Shown in pieces: positions 28,701-40,725 of a DNA stretch of 64,000 bases; positions within the stretch are counted from its first letter, which is position 1; each line of letters opens with the position of its first letter. The position numbers and the translations under genes are program-made. The notes below the pieces were generated by a model. It was not told the DNA's origin, searched no databases, and saw only the letters and a program-made list of their open reading frames with translations. Source of the stretch: Eledone cirrhosa (lineage: Eukaryota); the NCBI GenBank assembly GCA_964016885.1, contig OZ024748.1:34162001-34226000 (forward strand), written 5' to 3'.

Positions 28701-29862
28701 AGCGAGGTGACGAGCAGGGTGGCCTCTCTCACCCAGAAATGGGCCGAGAGGAGGCTGTCTCTGAAAGGTCGGGCGGAGGTGCGAATCCGTACATAGCGTC
28801 CGTCATCTGCTACCGCCTGACCGTCGTACTTTGAAGCTGGAATGTCTCCAAGCGCTCACCGCCCTCTACCAGTTGGGCACTAGTATCGGTGGAACATCCA
28901 CCTCGGCGTTCTATAGAGGACTAGTGGAGAGAAAGAGCGACGACGTTCTCGGGGAGACCCTGGTCGTCGAAGACAATCAGCTGTTCGCTCTCTTCAAGAG
29001 AATTTTCAGACCGGGGCCTAGGGACAGCTTCCACAAATCCCTAGCCTGGCAGTGCTACCGGGGAGTGTTGCCGGTTCGGGATAAGCTCTACAGGCACGGA
29101 GGTGCTGTCAGCCGAGCCTGTCCGAGAAGCGCGCAAGGAGACAAAACCGTCCTGCACGCACTGATTCAGTGCCCGAGGATTGCTGACTTGTGGAGGTATT
29201 TCGAATAGCGGCTGTCGCGTGTAGGACGGATCCGGTTATCGACTGAGTCCATTGTACAGATAGCACCGCCATCCTCCTTTAAAGAGGAGGAAGGGCAGGC
29301 AGTTTTCATCTGCCTGGTGGCCATGGCGAAAGAGACTGTGTGGTGGACAAGATTGAAAGGGTTGAAGACGGACACTTTCCTCTCCAGCCAATCCCTGATT
29401 AACTTTTTCAAGTTTCACTTGAAGAGGAAAATCATGGGGGAGAGGCAAGTGCTGTCTTCTAGCAAGTTTGTTGAAAGGTGGGTGAATGTAGTGAGAATGG
29501 TCCGAGTGAACGGGACCGCTCTGAATATACGCTTGTAGTTTGAGGAATGGGAACAAAATTGAGAGAGGGCGCTTGCCCTGGTGGCCAGGTTGACCGTGGT
29601 CTTTTGTGTGGTTTTCGCCACGAGTAACCCTCGGAGGTTTCCCCCCTATTGGGGAAATTTTCATTGTTTCAATTTTCATTTTTATTGTTTATATATATAT
29701 GTTTCTATGTCTTTTTTTCTTTTCTTATATAAATAATAAAAATCTTTACACGCATAAAACCCACCTAGTACCGTCCAGTACCGTCCTGTGCCGTTTGTAA
29801 TGTTTTTCTTGATGTCAGCCATTGTGGCCAATAAAGAAATCATTATTATTATTATTATTATT
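25330..29862 (+). mobile_element. L1/Tx1-clade LINE copy 1 (5'-truncated in ORF1, disrupted)
   Basis: CCHC knuckle (CFNCGSKSHLRAFCP); ORF2 from ATG 26427 with APE (INARGL, SETR, GDWN), RT (DQSKAFDRVDH, AYADDV) and zf-RVT remnant; ends gccaataaa..(ATT)n. Confidence 0.92.
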
Positions 29863-32800
29863 GGCGACCTACGTAGTAAATCGTATCATCGTGAGCTCCG
29901 CAAAGGTTTGTTATTTCCGTTTGCTAAAAATTACCATTTATGGAAAATTTTATTGTTAACTGTATATAAGCGCACATACATTGTTTTCCGAAAAGGACAC
30001 CCAAAAAGATTGGGGCCTTGTGCCCAAAATTTAAACTTTTATGATTATCAAAAAATTTCTTTGAAAAAAAGTGGCTAATTCACCTCTGCACCAAGCAGCT
30101 GAGAGCCTTCCTCACAAACTCTAACACCTCACACCGATATCACCATTGTAAATATTACTACGTTTGCCAACACTAAAATTGTAATCAGTAGCAATATTTT
30201 AAATTTGTCTCAGGCAGACATTCATTTCCCGCCATTACCAATGACTGCAGGTGTTAAAGCTGCCACCACCACCACCACCGCGACAACCATCACCCCCACC
30301 ACCACCGCGACAACAGAAACAAAAGGAAAAAATAAATCAACTCGTGATGTCGAAATGTTTTCAACCAAAATGGACTCTTCCTCGCAGAACACCACTGACG
30401 TCACCACCACCACAACTGAAACTAAAATTAATAATAACAAAAATAACGATAAAAACAACAGCAACAATGACATTAAAAAAAACACCCTGCGTTTTGCCAG
30501 AGTAGCAAAACAGTGCGAAGCATTTACGGTAACTCAGGAGGAATTAGAAAATGCCCCAAAAATGGTCAAGAAAGATGGGTACATGGTCAGCCCCCCCCCC
30601 CCCCACACACACACACACACACCTAATAAAATGGAGCATCGGCGCCTATGCACCGTGTCGTATCGAACAATTAATGTAAAATCGCGCCGAGTGGAACGGG
30701 CATCCGAGTCCCAAATCCAAAAAGCTTTGGGACATGTGTGGGCAAGAAAAACCCACATCAGGCGTGGGCAGAAGTATGGAACCGTGGACGTGTTCTTTGA
30801 AACACCAGAGGAGGCTAGAGAACACTCCATGGCCCCATTAAGAAGTGACGACTTCACACTCGTCCCAGGCTATTGTGGCCAGAGACTCGTAAAATCAGGG
30901 TGACCAACGTTCCACCGGCCATCGAAATTCCCTGGCTAATAGCGGCCGTCCTCGCCGGCATCGAAGCCAACACCAAGATAATAGCAATAGCAAAAGAAAA
31001 GCAGGAGAACTGGTCCGGATCTGGGATGGAGCTCCTGATACAAGCGGACCAAAAAAGCATTGAGGAGATCCCAGAGGTAATAGACCTCACTGACGGCAGC
31101 CACCTCACCGTAATTGTCGAGGGCAGAAGGCCTAGGTGTGTCGTTTGTGGTGAAGGAACCCACCTAAGGGCTTTCTGCCCTCAGGCTAAAAGGTTGAGGC
31201 CACCTCTCCTACCCATCCCAGTGACTCAACCATCAACACCACCAGTAGCAGAGATGGCAGCAACAACTGTAGCAGCAACAACAGAAGCAACTATAACAGC
31301 AACAACCCCAGCAACAGTAGCAAAACCAACACCACCACCACCCAACGCTTCAGAACTAGCACCAGCGCCTACACCATCCACCACGCCACAACCAAAACTA
31401 ACGCCTGTGGAGGATTTTCCACTCCCCGGCCTATCACAACTGGAGACAGATTGTGTCAACGAGGAGTGGGAAACGGTATCAGGAAAAAAGAAAAAAAGAA
31501 ACCAAAAAAAGAAAAAATTCTCTTTCTTCCCCCTCCAAAAACAAAATACAGAGGGAAACAAATAAATTAACAAACACAAAATTAGGACAGATATGCCACC
31601 ATCCACACCAGCATCACCAACCCCATCACCCCAAATACCAACACCATCACCATCATTAACCCCAACACGACCATCACCTACACCACAAAAGTCACCAAAA
31701 TGCGAAACAGAAACAAACCCACAACAAACGCAAACAAAACAAAACAACCAAAACGATACACACTACACAGCATTAAATTTGAACAACAACAAGGGCGGTG
31801 GATTGGCAGTATCGGTAGAGGGTCGGACGCCATGCTTTCCAGCATAGTTACGTCCCTTTACGATCTGAGTTCAAATCCCGCCGAGGTTGACTTTGCCTTT
31901 CATCCTTACGGGGTCGATAAAATAAAGTACCAGTAATGCACTGGGTATTTGCTGGCCTTGTGCCAAAAGTAGAAACAATTAAATTTGAACAACAACCAAT
32001 TATTACACTACATCCAACACAACACCAGCATCACAAAAAAAGACTACACAACAACCCAAAAATTCACACCACCTCCACACATACAAAACACTCGCATCAC
32101 ACAGAAAACGTACATGACACTAAAACAAAAATTCCCCAAAGACATCGGAGACTTCCGACAAGCACTCTCCAGGAGGATTTATAAGGACATCCTTCCGGAG
32201 GAGGCCACAAGCAGTGAAAAGGATGGAAAAACCGTCCTTCCTCTACGAGAAGTAAGGTAAGTGGTCTTTCCCATCTTTTCCACTCCATTTCAACATGACC
32301 TCACTCAGAATAGGCAGCATAAATGCGCGTGGCTTGCGTTCGTCATGGAAGCAGAGCCACCTGCTCAACGACCTCAGGTCACTAAACATAAATGTAGTGG
32401 CCATCAGCGAGACCAGAATCTCCGAAGCACGGGCCTTCGCACCGATCTTCGGCGGCTACGATGTGTACGCATCTCCCAGCCGTCCGGGATCGGGGGGAGG
32501 AGTTGCTGTGCTTTTTCGGAGAGGTTTGGATCTTGCCATACGGGCCATCTTCCTGGACCCAGAAGGTAAGTTGGTGGTGCTGGACGTGACCAGCGGAGAC
32601 GGGCAAGCTTTCAGGTTAGTGGCCCACAAATTCGTGATCTGTGTACTTGACTTAGATAGGCTTCATAGACGAGGACCCAGCTACTGGAAGCTAAACGCAT
32701 CCTTACCAGCGCGCAAGGCCTACAGAGACCGGATTAGCGAACTAGTTAAGCGGGCGGTGACGGGGGCCATCGTCAACAACAAGTGGTGGTTTGCTCTGAA

Positions 32801-35604
32801 AAGAGCAATTAGAATAGAGTCCATTAGGTTTAGTAAGGCTTTAGCAATAGAGAAAAATAGAGCAGAGGGAGAATTCGTTAGAAAATTATACGAGGCGCTT
32901 AGCAAAGGCATCGCGACCGACGTGCTTCGACGAGATTGGCCCTTGACCAATTCTTCAATGCAAAGCACGAAGGCTGCGTTGTCAGAGCTAGGGTGCGTGC
33001 TCTCAGACACGAGGGGACGAAAGCCGTTAAATGGGCCCGAGTGGCGGAGGCGCATCGTGGCAACAAAGCCACGATCCGGTCTTTGTTGGACCACGACGGG
33101 CGCATGCTACTCGATCCCGGGAAAATGTGTGAAGCTTTTCAGCGACACTTCGCTCAACTGTTCGGGGGCAGTGGCGGGCCGAATCGAGGGATGGACTTTA
33201 GTGTCTATCTCGACGGACTGCCGCGGCTTTCGGCCACTGAGGCGGAGTGTTGCGAAAAGCCGATAACAACCGCTGAAGTACGGGAGGCAATGACTGGCTG
33301 CACAAGCGGTAAATCGGCTGGTTTAGATGGTCTGCCCTATGAACTTTACGTAAAAATGCCAGACTTGTTCGGAGGCCTCTTGGCGGACGTCTACTGCAAC
33401 TGGCAACAGAACGGGAGAATTCCCAGCTCTGTGAGCCGAGGAGCGGTGGCGCAGCTGAGAAAGGATTCGAACAAGGGGGATAACATAGATAATTTTAGGC
33501 CCATAACTCTGCTAAACACAGAGTTCAAGATTTTGGCCAAGGTGCTAGCAAAGAGGTTGGCGCTTGTCGTTGGTGGTCTGGTGGGAGAGGCACAGACATG
33601 CGCCATTCCCGACAGATCCATCCACGACAACCTCCACCTCATGCGATACATCGTAGAGAGGGTAGCTAGGGAACCTGGCACGGGTGGGTCTTTGATCAAT
33701 TTAGATCAATCGAAAGCCTTCGATAGGGTCGACCATCGTTACCTAGCGGCAGTCCTGAGGGCGGCTGGCTTTGGGCCCGTCTTCAGAGGCTGGATCGCTG
33801 CCATGCACAGCGACATCTGCTCTGTAGTGAGAGTGAACGGTCACCTTTCGGAACCGTTCAATCATGCGCTCGGTCCGCCAAGGATGTCCCCTCTCGTCCC
33901 TATTGTACGTATTGATTCTAGAGCCATTACTGCACAAACTGGAGACGTTGAGGGGGCTCCCGCGCGAACTAGGATGCGGAAGATCCGTGTCAGCATATGC
34001 GGACGATGTCACCGTAGTGGTGTCGAACGCCAAACACATCGAGGCGATCGGCACTACACTAAGAGAATACGAAGCGGTGACAGGAGCAATGATCAACCAG
34101 GAAAAGTCAGTGGGACTGCAGCTCGGCACCTGGAGAGGCAGGTCCATGCCGTCCAACAGCGTCGTCGGGCGCTGGACGGACGGACCGGTTAAATTGCTAG
34201 GGGTCTGTTTCGGTCCAGACCTCCAGACGGACAAAAACTGGGACGAGGTGACGAGCAGGGTGGCTTCTCTCACCCAGAAATGGGCGGAGAGGAAGCTATC
34301 CCTGAAAGGTCGAGCGGAGGTGGATAACGCGTACATCGCGTCCGTCATCTACTACCGCCTGACCATCGTACCTTGTCCTAAGCCCCGCCTGACTGCGCTG
34401 GAGCGTTTGCTCTTTCACTTCTTGTGGAAGGGACGCGCTCCGATGGTCAGGCGGTCCATCTGCTGTCAACACCCGCTACGTGGAGGGCTGGGCATGCCGT
34501 GGCTGATGATGCGCAGACACGCGCTCAGGCTACGACATCTCCACCTCTTCCTCGACGGTGATCAGGTGTGGTCGCCGTTTGCTAGACACGTTTTTCCCCA
34601 GCTCGTCTCCTTGGCGGAGCTGCAGTCCTGGGTCAAGCGAAGACCGAGAGGGAGCGCTTGGAGACTGGAATGTCTTCAGGCGCTCACAGCCCTCGACCAA
34701 TCGGGCAATGTGATCGGTGGAAACTCCACCTTGGCGTTCTATAGGGGATTAGTGGAGGGTAAGAGCGACGACATACTTGGAGAAACTCTAGGCGTCGACG
34801 AAAATCAACTAGCCAATCTCTTCGGAAGGTCTTTCGGGCCGGGGCCTATGGACAACTTCCAGAAATCCCTGGCCTGGCAGTGCTACCGGGGTGCTTTGCC
34901 AGTTCGGGATAAACTCTACAGGCATGGAGGTGCCGTCAGCCGGGCATGTCCGAGATGTGCACTCGGCGACGAAACCGTCCTGCACGCACTCGTCCAGTGT
35001 CCGAGCATTGGTGGCTTGTGGGTTTATGTCGAACACCTGCTGTCACGTGTAGGACGGATCCAGCTATCAGCTGAGTCCATCGTGAGGATTGCCCCACCCT
35101 CTTCCTTTAGCCGGGAAGGGCAGGCAGTTTTTATCTGTCTGGTGGCCATGGCGAAAGAGATAGTATGGTGGACACGTTTGAAAGGGCTGAAGACGAGCAC
35201 TTACCTCTTCGGTGATGCCCTGATTAACTTTTTCAAATTTCATTTGAAAAGGAAAATCAGGGTAGAGAGGGAAGTGCTCTCTTCCCAGCATTTTGTTGAA
35301 AGATGGGTGAGAGAAGCAAGTATGGCCCGAATGAATGGGCCTTCTCTGAGTATGTGTCTGTAAATTAAAGGTGGAAAACTGGGAGAGGGCACTTGCCCTG
35401 GTGGTCAGGGTCACTGTGGTCTTTTAATGGGCTTTCTCCACAAATGTCCCTCGGAAGTCTCCCCTCTATTGGGGAATTTTTCTTTGTTATTTTATTACAT
35501 CCTCTGTTTTTTACACGCAGAAATGCCCATTTGTACTGTCCTGTATTGTCCTGTACTGTCCTTAATGTCTACTTTATGTAAACCCTTGTGGTTAATAAAG
35601 AAAA

Positions 35605-35644
<40 letters not shown>

Positions 35645-35655
35645 ATTATTATTAC
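29863..35655 (+). mobile_element. L1/Tx1-clade LINE copy 2 (near full length, SINE in ORF1, APE deletion)
   Basis: ORF1 pieces 30205-32260 with CVVCGEGTHLRAFCP; ORF2 32295-35363 in three frames (QGCPLS, YADD, CPRC..ETVLHALVQC); (ATT)n tail. Confidence 0.95.
31791..31977 (+). mobile_element. Full-length tRNA-derived SINE with 19 bp TSD
   Basis: A-box-like tggcagtatcgg, B-box-like gagttcaaatc; TSD attaaatttgaacaacaac at 31772-31790 and 31978-31996. Confidence 0.9.
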
Positions 35656-35794
35656 GGCCCTTTCTATTCTGAGTTCAAATCCCGCCGTGGTTAACTTTGC
35701 CTTTCATCCTTACGGGGTCGATAAAATAAAGTACCAGTAATACACTGGATTATTTACTGGACTTGTGCCAAAAGTAGAAACAATTATTATTATT
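35656..35794 (+). mobile_element. 5'-truncated SINE between LINE copies 2 and 3
   Basis: Matches the 3' two-thirds of 31791-31977; (ATT)n on both sides. Confidence 0.85.
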
Positions 35795-38700
35795 AACAAC
35801 AGCAAAAATAACAGCGGTAAAGTCAAGAACGACAACAACAAAATTAACAGCGGTAAGGTCGTGAACGACAATAACAATGACAATAACAACAGCCACAACA
35901 ACAATAATAGTAGGAACAGGATCAACAAAAACAACAATAATAACAGCCAAAATAACAGTAACAACGGCAACAGTATCAACGAAAACAACAACAACACCAA
36001 CAACTGTACCAACGAAAACATCAACAGTGACATCGATACCTGTAATAGCGATCTCAGCACCACCAGTAAGACCAGTAGCGGCAGCAATAGTCGTGGTGCT
36101 GAAAAAGGGACCACTTCTTTTGCAGGTGTCGCCCGAAATATCGAAACAGTGTTAGTCACAGAGGAGGAGATGGCAGTCGCAAGGGCCATGGTGACAAGAA
36201 GCGCCAATAGAGTCTCCCTGAAACCTCCACCCGACTTTTTTCAAGGACCAGCAGCTACGGACGGTGACTTACCGCACCGTAAGCAAAATCTCACATCGGG
36301 TGGAGAGAGCCACGGAGGCTCAAATCCAATAGGCCTTGGAGTGCGTCTGGGCACGCAAAACCTACATCACCCGGCACAGTAGACGTACTTTTCGCCACCC
36401 ACCAAGAAGCGTAGTCTCACTCTTTGGAAACCCTAATGAGTGAGGAGATAGTCTTGGTGCCCTCCTAATTCGGGCAGAAAATTGTGAGGGTCAAAGTGAC
36501 CCAGGTCCCACCCGACGTACCCATACCTTGGCTGGCCGCGTCTGTCCTTGCTGGAATCGAGGACAGGACGACTATGCTGCAAGTAGAGAAAATAGTGAGA
36601 GAGAACTGGTCAGGTATAGGCATGCAAATGCTTTTACAAACTGACCAGAAATGTATCGACGCTATCCCCGATATCATAGACGTCGATGAAGGACTCCAAC
36701 TCCCTATAAGCGTAGAAGGAAGACGGCCAAAATGTTATCTCTGTGGGTCAATGGATCACCTCAGGGCCTTTTGCCCGCAGAAGACAACGAAGAAGTAGGC
36801 CCCTCCTCCTTCCAATACCTGGTCCGTTGCTATCAAGAGCAAGGCAGGCAACAAGCGCAGAAGCCCCTACCACGGTGAGTAGGAGGGCAACATCCGTGGC
36901 ACCCGTACCAAGGCCACCGACAACTAAAGCAGCATCATCAGTGGCGGCAACACCAATAGCTACATTTGCAGTAGCTGCACCAGCAACAAAATTGTCGGAG
37001 AGGGCTCCACTACCACCACCAACAGCCGTGGAGTACATACCCCTCCCAGATGCCACGGAATCCGACATGGAGTTTGAGGCGGGAGTGAAGTGGCAAACGG
37101 TCTGCCACAAAAAAAGAAAAAGAAAATACCCCTTAGCTTCGCCCTCCAAAAGCGAAGGCACACAAAAGGGGTAAAGGCAGCAAGGAAACTTGCAGGAACA
37201 CCACCACCATCATCATCACCACCACAAGCACCACAGCCAACAATAACCACACCACCACCAGCATCACCAAAAACACCAACAACGCAAACACAACAAAACA
37301 CACACACCAAACAGCAACAAGAAGAAAACAACAACAAAATCACCTCTCCCCCCAAAAAGTACACAGCCATAAACATGGCAAAAAAAGAACTCATACAATA
37401 TATAAAGCAGCACACAGGCATCACAGAAAAAACTACTACACCCCACCAACACCAAGAACTCTCCCAACAAACATAAGCATCATTAAAATCTCAATAGAAC
37501 AGTACAAACTTTTAAAACAAAAATTCCCCAACGCAGTTGGAGACTTCAGAGGGTCGGTTACCAAGAGGATATACACTGACATCCTCTTGGAACCACCCAT
37601 GACCAGCCAAATGGACGGTTCTACTGTCCCTTCACCACACGATCAAGGTAAGTGATCCTTTCTCACTTGCCCCGTTTCTCATCTAACATGGCCGTACTCA
37701 GAATAGGCAGTATAAATGCACGTGGCCTGGGGTCATCTTGCAAGCAGGTTCATCTGCTCAACGACCTCAGGTCACTAAATATAATGTGGTGGCCATCAGC
37801 GAGACCAGAATCTCCGAAGCACGTGCCTTCGCACCGATCTTCGGCGGCTACGATGTATACGCATCTCCCAGCCGTCTAGGATCGGGTGGAGGGTTTCTAT
37901 CCTTTTTCGGAGAGGCTAGGATCTCGCCATACGAGCCATCTTCCTAGACCCAGAAGGTAAGCCGGTGGTGCTGGACGTGACCGGCACCGAAGGCAATGCT
38001 TTCAGGCTAGTAGCCGTCTATGCCCCGACAGGGATAAGACGGCCATATTTCTTTAGACGTCTAGACACCTTCCTTGGAACGTCTCGCTCTTTAGTGTTAG
38101 TGGGCGACTGGAAGGGTATCTTGAATGCACGCTGGGATTGTGTGGGTCTAATGGATAGGGGAGGAGGGTGCAAGAGCCTCACCAACCTGCTCAGACGTTT
38201 TGAACTATCTGACAGGTATCGATTGGATCACCCGAATGTGCAAATGTGGACATGGGCAAACCGCATCGGGTCATCCAGGTCGTATCTCGATAGGGTATTC
38301 TGCACAGTGTTGCGAAAAGCCAATAACTGTCGGTGAAATACGGGAAGCGATGGCACGAGGGGTAAATCGCCAGGTTTTGGATGGTCTGCCCTACGAGTTT
38401 TATGCATTTATGCCAGACTTGTTCGGTGACCTCTTGGCAGACGTCTACTGCAACTGGCAGCAGAACGGGACATTCCAGGTTTTGTGAGCCGGGGAGCGGT
38501 GGCGCTGCTGAGAAAAGACCCGAATAAGGGGGATGTTATCGATAACTTCAGGCCCATAACTCTGCTAAACGCAGAGTTCAAGATTTTGGCCAAGGTGTTA
38601 GCAACGAGGTTGGCGCTTGTCGTCAAGGGTCTGGTGGGAGAGGCGCAAACATGCGCCATTCCGGACAGATCCATACACGACAACCTCCACCTCATGCGAT

Positions 38701-40725
38701 ACATCATAGAGAGGGTGGTTAAGGAACCTGGCATGGGTGGGGCCCTGATCAACTTGGATCAATCCAGAGCATTCGATAGGGTCGACCATCGGTACCTGGC
38801 GGCGGTCCTCGAGGCAGCCGGTTTTGGGCCCGTTTTCAGGGGTTGGATCGCTGCGATGTACAGCGACATCTGCTTAGTTGTGAGGGTGAACGGTCACCTG
38901 TCGCAGCCGTTCAGCATCATGCGCTCAATCTGCCTGGGTTGTCCCCTCTCGTCCCTCTTGTACGTATTGGCTCTCGAGCCGTTACTGCACAAACTGGGGG
39001 CGATGAGGGGCGTCCCACGCGAACTACGATGCGGAAAATCCGAGTCGGCTACGCCGACGACTTCTCCTGGGTGGTGTCGAGCACCAGACAGGTCCAGATG
39101 CTCGGCACCGCTCTCAAGGAATACGAAGCGGTGACAGGAGCAAAGATAAATCAGGAAAAGTTGGTGGGCTTGCTGCTCGGCATCTGGAGAAGCAAGTCCA
39201 TGCCGTCCGACAGCGTCGTGGGGCGTTGGACGGACGGACCAGTTAAATCGCTCGGATTCTGCTTCGGACGGACCTCCAGATGGAGAAAAACTGGAGCGAG
39301 GTGACGAGCAAGGTGGCATCCCTCACCCAAAAATGGGCCGAGAGGAAGCTGTCCCTGAAAGGCCGGGCGGAGGTGGCGAATGCGTACATCGCATCCATAA
39401 TCTGCTACCGCCCCACCGTCGTCCCTTGCCCCGGCCCAACTCTGACCAAAATGAAGCGCCTTCTCTTCCGCTTTTTGTGGATGGGACGCGCTCCCATGGT
39501 TACACGATCCATCTGCTGTCAACACCCATTGCGTGGAGGACTGGGCTTGCCATGGCTGATGATGCGCAAACATGTGCTGAAGCTGCGACATCTCTGGTGC
39601 TTCCTTGACGGTGAACAGGTGTGGTCGCCGTTCGCCAGGCACGTTTTCCCACAGCTTGTCTCCTCTACGGAGTTGCAGTCCTGGGTCAGGAAAAGACTGA
39701 GGAATAGCGCTTTGAAACTGGAATGTCTCCAGGCGCTAACTGCCCTCTGCCAGCTGGGCACCACTACCAGTGGAACATCCACCTCGGCGTTCTATAGAGG
39801 ACTAGTGGAGGGGAACAGCGACGACGTTCTCGGAGAGATCCTGGGCGTCGAAGAAGATGTTTGCTCTCTTCCGTAGAACTTTCAGCCCAGGGCCTATGGA
39901 TAACTTCCAAAAATCCCTAGCCTGGCAGTGCTACCGGGGAGCGTTGCCGGTTCGAAATAAGCTCTACAGGCACGGAAGTGCCGTCAGCCGAGCCTGTCCG
40001 AGATGCGCGCAGAGCGACGAAACCGTCGTGCACGCACTCGTTCAGTGTCCGAGCATTGCTGACTTGTGGAGCTATGTCGAACAGTTGCTGTCGCGTGTAG
40101 GACTGATCCGGTTATCGACTGAGTCAATTGTGCAGATGGTCTCGCCGTCTTCCTTCGAGGAAGAAGGGCAGGCGGTTTTCATCTGCCTGGTGGCCACGGC
40201 GAAAGAGATTGTGTGGTGGACAAGGTTGAAAGGGTTAAAGACAGATACTTTCCTCTTCTGCGAATCTCTAATTAACTTTTTCAAGTTTCACTTGAAGAGG
40301 AAAATCAGTGCTGCCTTCTAGCAAGTTTGTTGAAAGGTGGGTGAATGTAGCGAGAATGGTCCGAGTGAACGGGACAGCTCTGAATATACGCCTGTAATTT
40401 GAGAAATTGAAAAATTGAGAGAGGGTGCTTGCCCTGGTGGTCAGGATGGCCGTGGTCTTTTGTGTGGTTTTCGCCACAAGTAACCCTCGGAGGTTTCCCC
40501 CTATTGGGGAATTTTTCATTGTTTCAATTTTCATTTTTATTGTTTATATATATATATGTTTCTATGTCTTTTTTTTCTTCTTTTCTTATATAAATAATAA
40601 AAATCTTTACACGAACAAAACCCACATCGTACCGTCCTGTACCGTCCTGTGCCGTCTCTAATGTTTTTCTTGAAGTCAGCCCTTGTGGCTAATAAATGAA
40701 ATCATTATTATTATTATTATTATTG
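35795..40725 (+). mobile_element. L1/Tx1-clade LINE copy 3 (disrupted, internal deletion near 38303)
   Basis: Asn-rich ORF1 with CYLCGSMDHLRAFCP; ORF2 from ATG 37688; RT and zf-RVT; 3' UTR nearly identical to copy 1. Confidence 0.92.
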
